64,000 nucleotides of DNA from Brevundimonas sp. (GCF_041911375.1 NZ_JAYRPA010000074.1:36273-100272); one strand, 5' to 3'; positions 51,117-60,737 are shown, numbered from the stretch's first letter. Program-made: numbers and translations. Notes: generated by a model from the letters alone, not told the origin.

Positions 51117-53072
51117 TCAGCGCCGACGGGGCGTCAGAATGTCGCCCAGGCGATCCGGCGTCCCCTCGATCCGCTCCAGGTGCGGGTAGCGCAGGCCGTC
51201 GTGATAGTCGAAGGCGACGGTGCGGTACTGGTCGCCGTCCTTGACGATCATCTCGATCACCGTCGCCGGATCCTTGGCGGCGGTGATCGCCTGGGCGATG
51301 CGATCGGCGTCGGCGGCGCGACCGTTCACGGCCACCACCTCCATGCCCGGCGCAAGGCCAGCCTTGAAGGCCGGGCTGTCCCACTGGACGCTGCGGATAT
51401 TGTTCGACGCGCCCGTCTGGATGCCCAGCGAATAGGTGAAGTCGTTGCGCTTCAGCTCTCCGTACAGCGTCTTCTGGTAGTCGCTGGGCGTCTCGCGATA
51501 GACCAGCCGCCAGCCGCCGCGCGCCAGCCCGTCCAGCGGCGCGCCGGGCCCGTGCCCGTCCAGCCGCGTCCTCAGGAAGGCGGCCCAGTCGTTCTCGACA
51601 ACTCCGTTCAGCGCCGCGACCACGTCCTCGAAGGTGTAGGGCTTGGCTTCATAGCTGCCGTCCTCGACGCCGTAGAAGGCCTTGGCGAAATCATCCAGCG
51701 ATTTGCGGCCATTCGTCCGCTCGCGGATCAGGGTGTCGACGTCCAGCCAGATCAGCTGGCCTTCCGAATAGTAGTCCTCGTCCCGCTGCCAGCTCAGCCA
51801 GGCCTTGGGGCGCCGCTGGCTGATGATCGGGTCGTTGGTGGTGTCCTGCATCGCCCGCCATTCACGGCCGACGCGCGCGTCGAAGGTCGCCGCCGTCATC
51901 GCCAGGCTGTCCATCGCCTGCTGCTTGCTGAGCAGGCCCGACCGCGCCGCGATCACTTGGCCGTAATACTGCGTCTGCCCCTCATAGACCCACAGCAGGC
52001 TGTTCTGCAGCGGGGTGTTGAAGTTGGGCACATACTGGTCTGCGGGCCTCCGCCACTTCCCGTCCCAGGAGTGGTTCATCTCGTGCGACAGCAGATCCCG
52101 GTCGCCCAGGTGCGTGGCCCAGCCGGTGAAGAACTCCGGATCGACCGAGTTTTCCGAACTGCGGTGGTGCTCCAGCCCGATGCCGCCCAGCTTGTCGGTC
52201 ATGGCGATCAGGAAGTCGTAGTGGTCGAAGTGCCGCGCGCCGTACAGCCGGTCGAACTGGTCGACCATATTGCGCAGGATCTGGATCTGTTCTTCCGTGG
52301 CCTCCAGGCTCTCGGGCTTGTCGGCGACGAAGTTGGCCCGCACCGGCGATCGGCCGCCCGGATCCAGGTCGACCTGGCGATAGTGCAGCCCCGCGAACAT
52401 CGGGCTGTCGATCAGCACCTCCAGGTTCACCGGCTTGAAGGTCTGGATGTCGCCGGCCTTCGTCTCCGGCTCCAGCGCCGTGCCGAATCGCCAGCCGGTC
52501 GGCAGCTTGACGCTGGGCTGCAGGGTGATGTTCCGCGACCAGTGGCCAGCCGGGTAGAGCAGCATCTTCTCCCACTGGATGTTCAGCATCTCGGGCGTCA
52601 TGGTGATCCGCCCCTGGGCGCCTTCGGTCGGCGAAAGATGCTGGAACCGCGCCACGATCTCGCTCGCGCCCGCCGGAACGTCGATGTGATAGGCCAGGGG
52701 GTGCAGGGTGTCGCGCACCCACTCGACCCGCTGACCGCCGGCGGTGATCTCCAACCCGCCCAGTTGGCGCACCGGCCCGACCGGCCCGTGATTGCCCGGC
52801 AGCCATTCGGGGAAGAACAGCACCATCGGCCCCGCCTGCGCGACCGGGATCGTCTCGGTCACGTCGAAGATGTGCTGGCTCAGATTGGTGGCGTCGACCT
52901 CCAGCCGGATCACGCCCGGGTAGGCGACGTCCCGAACCGCCGGAATTGGCGGCAGGCTGACCGGCAAGGCCGGCGGCGCGGCGCCCGCATCAGCCTGCGC
53001 CAGCGCGGCCGGCGCGGTGGAAACGAGAAGAAGGGCGGCGAAGCCGGCGGCGCTCAGGCGAGATGGGGGCAT
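51117..53072 (-). CDS. M61 glycyl-aminopeptidase-family metallopeptidase with PDZ domain (tandem paralog)
   Basis: ORF 51117..53072 has the signal MPPSRLSAAGFAALLLVSTAPAALAQ and the zinc motif HEMNHSWDGKWRRP. It is colinear with the neighbouring M61 gene over its full length. Confidence 0.85.
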   Translation of the reverse strand: MPPSRLSAAGFAALLLVSTAPAALAQADAGAAPPALPVSLPPIPAVRDVAYPGVIRLEVDATNLSQHIFDVTETIPVAQAGPMVLFFPEWLPGNHGPVGPVRQLGGLEITAGGQRVEWVRDTLHPLAYHIDVPAGASEIVARFQHLSPTEGAQGRITMTPEMLNIQWEKMLLYPAGHWSRNITLQPSVKLPTGWRFGTALEPETKAGDIQTFKPVNLEVLIDSPMFAGLHYRQVDLDPGGRSPVRANFVADKPESLEATEEQIQILRNMVDQFDRLYGARHFDHYDFLIAMTDKLGGIGLEHHRSSENSVDPEFFTGWATHLGDRDLLSHEMNHSWDGKWRRPADQYVPNFNTPLQNSLLWVYEGQTQYYGQVIAARSGLLSKQQAMDSLAMTAATFDARVGREWRAMQDTTNDPIISQRRPKAWLSWQRDEDYYSEGQLIWLDVDTLIRERTNGRKSLDDFAKAFYGVEDGSYEAKPYTFEDVVAALNGVVENDWAAFLRTRLDGHGPGAPLDGLARGGWRLVYRETPSDYQKTLYGELKRNDFTYSLGIQTGASNNIRSVQWDSPAFKAGLAPGMEVVAVNGRAADADRIAQAITAAKDPATVIEMIVKDGDQYRTVAFDYHDGLRYPHLERIEGTPDRLGDILTPRRR

Positions 53073-53146
53073 CGGATACTCTTGGGACGGACACGAAAGG
53101 CGCGACAGTCCGCCGCACCCCCGCCGGCGTCAACCCCGAGCGCCTG

Positions 53147-53689
53147 TCAGCCTGCCGGATTGATCTCGAGCAGTTCGACGGTGAACCGCAGGGTCGAGTT
53201 CGGCGGCAGTTCGTCGCCACCCACCCAGCGCGAGCCGTAGGCCAGGTCCGAGGGAATGACGAACTCGAAGGTCTCGCCGACGCGCATCAGGGCCACGCCC
53301 TCGGTCCAGCCCTTGATGACCCGGTTCAGCGGGAAGGACGCCGGCTCGTTGCGGGCATAGGAGCTGTCGAACTCGCGTCCGTCGATAAAGGTCCCGCGAT
53401 AGTGGACCTTGACCGTGTCGGTCGCCGCCGGCTGGGCTGCGTCGGGGCGGGCCTTGCCGACGCGACGGTACTGCAGGCCGCTTTCGGTGGTGGTCCAGCC
53501 GCGTCGCGCGCCGTTCCAGGCCAGATAGGCGCGATTGCCGGCGTCCCAGCCCGCCTGCGTGCCCGGCGTGGCGACGTTGTCGGCCGCGCGCGCGGCGGCC
53601 AGCGACGTCTCTTCATAGCTGACGGGCGTGTGCGCGCAGGCGGCGACGATCAGGGCGGAGGCGCTCAGGGCCAGGAATCGCAGGGTCAT
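53147..53689 (-). CDS. FKBP-type peptidyl-prolyl cis-trans isomerase, predicted lipoprotein
   Basis: Inner part of ORF 53147..54037. The start MTLRFLALSASALIVAAC (lipobox) at 53689 is in frame. The FKBP core is GLQYRRVG...VKVHYRGTFIDGREFDSS...VIKGWTEGV...IPSDLAYG. Confidence 0.88.
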   Translation of the reverse strand: MTLRFLALSASALIVAACAHTPVSYEETSLAAARAADNVATPGTQAGWDAGNRAYLAWNGARRGWTTTESGLQYRRVGKARPDAAQPAATDTVKVHYRGTFIDGREFDSSYARNEPASFPLNRVIKGWTEGVALMRVGETFEFVIPSDLAYGSRWVGGDELPPNSTLRFTVELLEINPAG

Positions 53690-53737
53690 GCGCAGAACCT
53701 TAGCAGGTCGTGCGTCCGTGCCCACCTGCAAGCATGG

Positions 53738-53753
53738 CGAATTTGCAAAATCG
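53738..53753. promoter_or_regulatory. Imperfect 16-bp palindrome (candidate operator) in the divergent FKBP/receptor intergenic region
   Basis: CGAATTTGCAAAATCG has the perfect core TTTGCAAA. It lies 69 nt upstream of the receptor ATG. A GANTC (GACTC) starts at 53752, and a second TTTGCA lies just downstream. Confidence 0.3.
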
Positions 53754-53821
53754 ACTCTTTGCACTTTCGCAAACGGCGAAGCCTGTCTAGAAGCCGCCTC
53801 CGAATTCGACGGGAGGATTTC

Positions 53822-56455
53822 ATGACTCGACGCTTGGCTCTGACGGCGACCGCAGCCCGGGCCTGCATCGCGGCGGCCTGCCTGATGGCTCCGGCGGCTT
53901 GGGCCCAGAGCGTCCCTGCGTCCCTGGACGAGGTCGTGGTCACCGGCTCCCGCATCGCCGGCGGCGATCGCCTGGCGCCGGTCGATGTCGTGGACCGTCA
54001 GACGTTCGCCGCCGCCGGCGTCTCCGACGCTTCGCAACTGGTGCGGCTGCTGACCGCCAACTCCGGCTCAGAGGCTCAGGTCGATCAACTGAACCAGCCC
54101 CAGAGTTCGGGCACCGCTCAATTCAACCTGCGCAATCTCGGCCTCGGCTCCACCCTGGTCCTGGTGGACGGCCAGCGCTGGACCAACAGCGCCGTGGTCG
54201 CCACCGACGGCTCGGCCTTCGTCGACATCAACTCCCTGGTCCCGATGATCGCGCTGGAGCGCATCGAGGCAGTCAAGGACGGCGCCTCGGCCGTCTACGG
54301 CTCCGACGCCGTCGCCGGCGTCGTCAACTTCATCACCCGCAAGGGCGTGACCCGCCCCGAAATCAGCGCCAAATACGCCGTCGCCGACGGGTCCGAGGAA
54401 TCCGTGATCGAGGCTATCGGCGGCCTGTCGCTGGCGGGCGGCGACCTGACCCTGGCGGCGTCGCACTTCCACCGTTCCGCCCTCGGCTCGGACGAGCGCG
54501 CCTTCACCCAGGCCGAGACCTACGGCCGCGCGCCGTGGACGGCCGTGACCAGCTACGGCCAGCCCGGCTCCTATTTCCGGCCCAGCACGAAAGGCTTCTC
54601 CCCCGATCCCGACTGCGGCGATCCCGCCTTCGCCGAGGCCTATCTGAACAGTCCCGCCGATACCTTCTGCCGCCTCGACTACTCCGACTTCTTCGATCTG
54701 GTCCCGCAAGAGACGCGGACGCAGCTGTTCGTCGACTACGGCCGTCCGCTGGCGGGCGCCGACCTGTGGCTCCAGGGCGCCTGGTCCTCGACCGAGACGG
54801 CCGCGCGCCAGTCGCCGTCCCTGCCGATCCTCGCGCGGAGCTTGACCGTGCCGGGCTCCCATCCCGACAATCCGTTCGGCGAGGATGTGCTGTTCCGCGG
54901 CCGCCTGCTGGGCGCGGAGGCCGGCGCCTCGATCGCCGACTTCGCCTATGAGACCTGGCGCCTCGCCGGCGGCCTGTCGGGCGACCTCTCGGGCGGCTGG
55001 ACCTGGGATCTGTCCGCCACCGCCAGCCGCCAGCATGTCGCCTATGACAAGCCCGACGCCATCGGCAGCGCTCTGCAGAACGCCCTGAACGGCCTGGGCG
55101 GCCCTGGCTGCGATCCGGCCTCCGGAACACCCGGCGTCGACGCCTGCCGCTACTTCAACCCGTTCGGCAGCGCCTACCTGGGGACGGGCGCGGCCAATGA
55201 CGCGGACCTGGTCGACAGCCTGATCGGCTCCACCGGGCTGCGCGGTGCAGCCGGGCTGGTGACGCTGGACGCCTCGACCGGCGGTGAAGCCTTCGTTTGG
55301 GGCGGCGGCTCGATCGATGTGGCCCTGGGCGCCCAGTACCGCCGATCCACCTTCCGCCACGACTGGAGCGATCTGGTCAACGCCGGCGACCTGCTGACCG
55401 CGGGCTACTCCCCCGATTTCGACGGCGATCAGGAGGCCCTGGCCGCCTTCGCGGAGGCGCGCGTCCATCTGGGCGACCGAATCGAGGCGCAACTGGCCGC
55501 GCGCTACGAATCCTATGGCGGCGACGACGGGAAGCTGAGCCCCAAGGTCGCTGTGCGCTGGGATGCGACCGACCGCCTGGCCCTGCGCGCCTCATGGAGC
55601 CAGGGCTTCCGCGCTCCTTCGGTCTACGCCCTGACCGGCGCCCAGGCCTCGCAGCCTTCAGTGTTCGATCGGGGCGCCTTCGTGTTCGTCAACACCCTGA
55701 CCTCGGGCGATGCCGACCTTAAGCCGGAGGAGTCCGAAAGCCTGACGCTGGGCGCCCTGTGGCGGCCGCTGCCCGGGCTGGAGCTTGGCCTCGACGCCTG
55801 GCGGTTCGACTACGCCAACCTGGTGGTGAAGGAATCGGCCCAGGCGATCATCAACCAGGCCGCCGCCGACGACGCGGCCGGCCTGACCGGCACGCCGGCG
55901 CAAGCGCGCGTCGCCCGCTCCAGCTCGGGGGCCCTGACCTTCGTCCAGCTGTATTTCACCAACGCCTCGTCGATCGAGACGCAAGGACTTGATCTGTCCG
56001 CCCGTTATTCGCGTGACCTGCTGGGCGGCGTCGCCACCGCCTCGGCGACCTGGACCCACGTCGACCGCTACGACATCCGTCTGACGCCCGGCGCCGCGGC
56101 GACCTCCGGCCTGGGCTCGACCAATCTGAACACGCTCGGCCGGTCCCTACCTGAAGACCGCGGCGAGTTCGGCCTGACGTGGGCCGACGCGGCCAACAGC
56201 CTGACGGCGCTGGTCCACTACACATCGGGCTACATCAACGACCGCAGCGGCATCACCGATCCGGACATCGAAAGCCAGACCACGGTCGACGTGCTCTACA
56301 CCCGCGCCATCGGCCGCGACCTCGACCTTGCGCTGGGCGTGGTCAACCTGACTGACGAGGACCCGCCGCTGGCCCAGTTCGCCCTCGGCTACGACCCCGT
56401 CGTCGCGGACCCGCGCGGCCGCGTCGTCAGCATCGGTGTGACGAAGCGGTTCTGA
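53822..56455 (+). CDS. TonB-dependent outer-membrane receptor
   Basis: In frame within ORF 53063..56455. ATG at 53822 follows GGGAGGA. It has the signal MTRRLALTATAARACIAAACLMAPAAWAQ, a plug (DEVVVTGSRIAGG..., STLVLVDGQRW, AVKDGASAVYGSDAVAGVVNF), and a terminal Phe (GVTKRF). Confidence 0.9.
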   Translation: MTRRLALTATAARACIAAACLMAPAAWAQSVPASLDEVVVTGSRIAGGDRLAPVDVVDRQTFAAAGVSDASQLVRLLTANSGSEAQVDQLNQPQSSGTAQFNLRNLGLGSTLVLVDGQRWTNSAVVATDGSAFVDINSLVPMIALERIEAVKDGASAVYGSDAVAGVVNFITRKGVTRPEISAKYAVADGSEESVIEAIGGLSLAGGDLTLAASHFHRSALGSDERAFTQAETYGRAPWTAVTSYGQPGSYFRPSTKGFSPDPDCGDPAFAEAYLNSPADTFCRLDYSDFFDLVPQETRTQLFVDYGRPLAGADLWLQGAWSSTETAARQSPSLPILARSLTVPGSHPDNPFGEDVLFRGRLLGAEAGASIADFAYETWRLAGGLSGDLSGGWTWDLSATASRQHVAYDKPDAIGSALQNALNGLGGPGCDPASGTPGVDACRYFNPFGSAYLGTGAANDADLVDSLIGSTGLRGAAGLVTLDASTGGEAFVWGGGSIDVALGAQYRRSTFRHDWSDLVNAGDLLTAGYSPDFDGDQEALAAFAEARVHLGDRIEAQLAARYESYGGDDGKLSPKVAVRWDATDRLALRASWSQGFRAPSVYALTGAQASQPSVFDRGAFVFVNTLTSGDADLKPEESESLTLGALWRPLPGLELGLDAWRFDYANLVVKESAQAIINQAAADDAAGLTGTPAQARVARSSSGALTFVQLYFTNASSIETQGLDLSARYSRDLLGGVATASATWTHVDRYDIRLTPGAAATSGLGSTNLNTLGRSLPEDRGEFGLTWADAANSLTALVHYTSGYINDRSGITDPDIESQTTVDVLYTRAIGRDLDLALGVVNLTDEDPPLAQFALGYDPVVADPRGRVVSIGVTKRF

Positions 56456-58253
56456 TCAGGCGGCCTGGGCGTGCGCCGAGGGAAGGGCGGCGCTGATGGC
56501 TTCGATCAGGGCGTGGATCTCCAGCGGCTTCGCGACGAAGCCGTCCAGCCCGGCCTGGCGGCCTTGCTCGCGCACCGTCTGGGACACGTCGCCGGACAGG
56601 AGCACCAGCGGGGTGTGGCGGGCGGGCCCTTCTTCCTGGCGAATGCGGCGCGCCGCCTCGAAGCCGTCGCAGACGGGCATGCGCAGGTCCAGCAGGACCA
56701 GTTCGTAGGCTCCGTCGCGCCAGGCGGCCACGGCTTGGTCGCCGTCCTCCACCACTGTCACCTCCACGCCCAGCGACGGCAGGATGGCGGCCAGCACGCG
56801 GCGGTTCACGGCGTTGTCGTCGGCCGCAAGAACGTGCAGCCCGGCCAGGCCTGGGCGTTCCGTTTCCGCCTCGGCGCCGCTGCCACGCTGCAGGGGCAGG
56901 TCGACGGTGAAGCACGACCCCTGACCCAAGGCGCTTTCCACGCTGATGTCTCCGCCCATCATCCGGGCCAAGGAGCGTGAGATGGACAGGCCCAGGCCCG
57001 TGCCGCCGTGTTTGTGGGATGTCTCGGCGCTAGCCTGGACATAGGGTGCGAACAGCCGACCCACGGTGGCCTCGTCCATGCCGACGCCGCTGTCGCGCAC
57101 GGAGATCCTCAGGCCGCCCTGCTGCGGACCGGAGACCGAGACCGTCACCTGGCCCTCGGGCGTGAACTTGACCGCGTTGGAGATGAGGTTGGCCAGGATC
57201 TGGCCGATCCTCACCTTGTCGCCGATCCATTCGCCGCCCACCCCGGGGGCGACCTCGATAAGCAGTTCCACGCCCTTCTTGCGCGCCACCTCGCCGAAGG
57301 CCGCCTTCATGCGGGTCAGGAGCCGGTTCAGGTCGAAGTCGGTCTCCAGCAGCTCCAGCCGCCCGGCCTCGATCTTGGAGGCGTCCAGAAGATCGTTCAG
57401 CAGGGCCGTCAGCGTTTCGCCGGACTCCAGCGCGACCTCCAGCCGCTGCTTCTGGGTCAGGGGCATCGGCTCGGCGGCCATAACCTGCAGCATGCCCAAC
57501 ATGCCGTTGAGGGGCGTTCGAATTTCGTGGCTGACGACCGCCAGGGTCCGAGCCTTGCTCCTGGCGAAGGCCAGGGCCTCGCGTTCGCGACGGGCTGACG
57601 CGCGCACCGCCCATGCCGCGAGCCCGGCCCCGAAATCCCAGCGCGGCCAGCGCCACGCCGACGACGCTGGCGCGCGCCGAGGCGTAGGCGCGCTCGCGCT
57701 CGGCCTCTCGTTCAACGGTCAGCATGGCTTCTTCCGCCCGCAGTTCCGCGAGCAGTCGACGCATGTCGTCCATGGCCAGTCGACCGTGTTCGGCCAGGGC
57801 GGGGTCTGCGGCCTCGGTCTTCGGCCGGGAAAGCTGTGGTTCCGCGTAGTCGAGCCGCCAGCGCCCCATGGCCTGGCGAAGGTCATCAAGGCGGGCGATC
57901 TGAGCTGGATTGTCGGCTGTGAGGCTGGTCAGAACGTTCAGCTCTTCATCAAAGGCGGCCCGGCCGGTGTTGTATGGCTGCAGAAAGGCGGGGTTTCCGC
58001 CACTTTCCGAGTAGCCGCGAATGCCGGTCTCCTGATCGACGGCGGCCGTGAGAAGATCGGCGGTGGACCTTTCGACGGCCGCCGTATGCTGAACCGACCG
58101 GTCAGCGGCGTCGATGGTGTCGAGGTTCATATGAACCACGGAAACGAGCACGGTCACCATGGTCACCATGGCCGCCACGATCACGCCGGCCGAGCGCGCG
58201 GCGCGCGTTCGACCCAGTGCGCGAAGGCGGCCGAGGGGGGGCGAATCTATCAT
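56456..58253 (-). pseudogene. CHASE3-domain hybrid sensor histidine kinase/response regulator, reading frame broken by an apparent 1-nt frameshift
   Basis: The N-terminal part is in ORF 57030..58253: a TM segment, then a CHASE3-like segment DQETGIRGYSESGGNPAFLQPY, up to ...VVGVALAALGF. The C-terminal part is in ORF 56456..57715, from GAGLAAWAVRASARRE onward, with H-box SHEIRTPLNGMLG, GGTGLGLSISRSLARMMGG, and a receiver (VLLDLRMPVCDG). The two frames meet near 57623-57641. Beyond the junction each frame turns into low-complexity junk. Confidence 0.6.
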
Positions 58254-58373
58254 GTCCGGAACCGTACTTCTGACGTCCGGCCGGAATAGGGGGCGAGGAT
58301 AAATATTGTCTTTCCATCGCGCTAAGGATCATCGTCTATCCCGCTCCGCCCGCCCGTTCCCTGAAGGATTGAA

Positions 58374-58721
58374 ATGACCGCCACCCTCTACGGCATCCCC
58401 AACTGCGACACCGTCAAGAAGGCCCGCGTTTGGATGGACCAGCATGGGGTCGCCTATGCCTTCCACGACTACAAGAAGGCGAGCGTGGACCGGGCGAAGC
58501 TGGAGCAGTGGGTCGGTGAGCATGGCTGGGAGACCGTCCTGAACCGCGCCGGCGCCACGTTCAGGAAGCTGCCCGAGGCCGACAGGGGCGATCTGGACCG
58601 CGACAAGGCCGTCGCCCTGATGCTGGAGCAGCCGTCGATGATCAAGCGCCCGGTGCTGGATCTGGGCGACCGCCGGCTGGTCGGGTTCAAGCCCGAGGTC
58701 TATGCGGCGGCGCTGGGCTGA
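58374..58721 (+). CDS. ArsC/Spx-superfamily reductase-like protein (YffB-like)
   Basis: ORF 58374..58721 has MTATLYGIPNCDTVKKARVWMDQHGVAYAFHDYKK and MIKRPVL, colinear with E. coli YffB as I recall it. Confidence 0.8.
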   Translation: MTATLYGIPNCDTVKKARVWMDQHGVAYAFHDYKKASVDRAKLEQWVGEHGWETVLNRAGATFRKLPEADRGDLDRDKAVALMLEQPSMIKRPVLDLGDRRLVGFKPEVYAAALG

Positions 58722-58877
58722 CGCGGATTCGCCTGGCCGTGTCCGCTGCGTCCGGACCGGGCGTCGACCGGACTTATCCCTCGACTTAACCACAACCGCG
58801 CCCCATCGTCTGTGGGCGCTCGACCCCGGCCTGATTTCGAATGTTCCTTTTTCGCCGCCTTTCGCACTTGTGCTGAT

Positions 58878-60737
58878 GTGCGCTTCGATGACCGCTTCAT
58901 AGATGAACTGAAGTCTCGCCTTCGCCCCTCCGACGTGATCGGGCGCACGGTGAAGCTCAAGCGGCAGGGGCGGGAGTACGTCGGGCTGTCGCCCTTCTCC
59001 AAGGAGAAGTCGCCGTCGTTTTTCGTGAATGACGACAAGGGTTTCTTCCACGACTTCTCGTCCGGCAAGCATGGCGACATCATCTCCTTCCTCCAGGAGA
59101 CCGAGCGGCTCAGCTTCGTCGAGGCGGTCCAGCGCTTGGCTGGCGAGGCCGGGATGCAGCTGCCGGCCGAGGACCCGCAGGCGGCGGAACGCGAGCAGAA
59201 GCGTCAGGGCCTGTCCGACTGGATGGACCTGGCCCAGAAGTGGTTCGCCGCGAACCTTCGTCGCACGCCCGGCAAGGCGGCGCGCGAGTATCTGGACAAG
59301 CGCGGCCTGCCCGAGGACCAGTGGGAGCGGTTCGGCCTGGGCTATGCGCCCAACGACCGCGAGGGGCTAAAGCAGGCGCTGGTCCAGCGCGGCGCCAAGC
59401 CGTCCGAGCTGGTCGAGGCCGGTCTGCTGATCTCGCCCGAGAGCGGCGGGCAACCCTACGACCGTTTTCGCGACCGGCTGATGTTCCCGATCCTGGATGC
59501 GCGCGGGCGCATCGTCAGCTTCGGCGGCCGGGCGATGAACCCGGATGACCGGGCCAAGTATCTGAACGGCCCGGAGAGTCCGCTCTTCCACAAGGGCGCC
59601 ACACTCTACGGCCTGCCCGAGGCGCGGCGAATCCTGGGCGCGGAGTCGAAGAACGACCAGGCGATCATCGTCGTCGAGGGCTACATGGACGTCATCGCCT
59701 GCCAGCGCGCGGGCCTGCCGGCCGTGGCGCCGATGGGCACGGCCCTGACCGAAGAGCAGATGGAGCGGCTTTGGCGGGTGTCGTCCGAGCCGATCCTGTG
59801 TTTCGACGGCGATGCGGCGGGGCTGCGCGCCGCCTATCGCGCCATCGAACGCTCGCTGCCGCTGCTGAAGGCCGGGCGGTCGTTCCGTTTCTCGCTGCTG
59901 AGCGGCGGACAGGACCCGGACGACATCCTGCGCGACAAGGGCGCGCCGGCGCTGCGACAGGCCTTGGCCGAAACCCATGCTTTCTCGGAGGTTCTTTTCC
60001 GCCGCGAACAGGACGCGGAGCCGCTGGACACCCCGGAACGCAAGGCCGGGTTCAAGGCCAGGCTTCGAAACGCCGCATCGGCCATTCAGGATCGCGATCT
60101 GGCCGAACAGTACCGCCGCGACCTGTTCGACCGTTTCGACGCCCTGTTCCCCCGCGCCCCGGCGCGCGCGCCGTGGACGCCGGGGCAGGGGCGAGGACGT
60201 TCCGGCCCGCCGCCCAAGCTGGGTCAGACGGTCGAGGGCGCGCAGGCCATGCAATCGTTGTTTCGGGCCATCGAGCCGGTGCCAGCGGCGCTGGCGCACG
60301 GCGCCATCGACGATCCCGAACGGATGGACGACCATCTGGAGGCGATCGCGTCCCACGGCTTCGGCGACAAGGGGCTGGACGGCCTGGCGCAGGAACTGGT
60401 TCGGCTTCGTCTATCGGGACAATCCCTTGACTCTGCGGCCATGCGTCGCCATCTGGCGCAATCGGGTCACGATGCCTTAGTGCGCGAGGTCGAGAAGGCG
60501 GCGGCGAAGTCCGGCGCGCCATTCCTGGCCGCAAATGCGCCCCTCGCCGAGGCAAGGATCCGATGGTCGCAGGCGTTCGACGCTTCGACGCGCGTCGCCG
60601 CGTTGGAGGACGCCTTGGCCCAGGCGCGCGATGTGCCCGGGCAGGATGAGGCGTTCCGCCGGCTGAAGGCCGAGCGGGATGCGCTTCGCCGTGCGATCAA
60701 AGCCGGGACGATATGGGAAGACAGCGCGGGCTCGTAA
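58878..60737 (+). CDS. dnaG: DNA primase DnaG
   Basis: In frame within ORF 58812..60737. A GTG at 58878 gives (M)RFDDRFIDELKSRLRPSDVIGRTVKLKRQGREY, a typical DnaG N-terminus. The Toprim segment is IIVVEGYMDVIA. It lies upstream of rpoD. The zinc-finger ligand positions are substituted (see findings). Confidence 0.9.
   Translation: MRFDDRFIDELKSRLRPSDVIGRTVKLKRQGREYVGLSPFSKEKSPSFFVNDDKGFFHDFSSGKHGDIISFLQETERLSFVEAVQRLAGEAGMQLPAEDPQAAEREQKRQGLSDWMDLAQKWFAANLRRTPGKAAREYLDKRGLPEDQWERFGLGYAPNDREGLKQALVQRGAKPSELVEAGLLISPESGGQPYDRFRDRLMFPILDARGRIVSFGGRAMNPDDRAKYLNGPESPLFHKGATLYGLPEARRILGAESKNDQAIIVVEGYMDVIACQRAGLPAVAPMGTALTEEQMERLWRVSSEPILCFDGDAAGLRAAYRAIERSLPLLKAGRSFRFSLLSGGQDPDDILRDKGAPALRQALAETHAFSEVLFRREQDAEPLDTPERKAGFKARLRNAASAIQDRDLAEQYRRDLFDRFDALFPRAPARAPWTPGQGRGRSGPPPKLGQTVEGAQAMQSLFRAIEPVPAALAHGAIDDPERMDDHLEAIASHGFGDKGLDGLAQELVRLRLSGQSLDSAAMRRHLAQSGHDALVREVEKAAAKSGAPFLAANAPLAEARIRWSQAFDASTRVAALEDALAQARDVPGQDEAFRRLKAERDALRRAIKAGTIWEDSAGS

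Noticed and set aside
57600-57660. Programmed ribosomal frameshifting as the explanation for the split CHASE3 kinase.
   Set aside because: There is no slippery heptamer of a known type and no downstream stimulatory structure. The junction lies in a TM helix next to short homopolymers, so an indel mutation or a sequencing error is more parsimonious.
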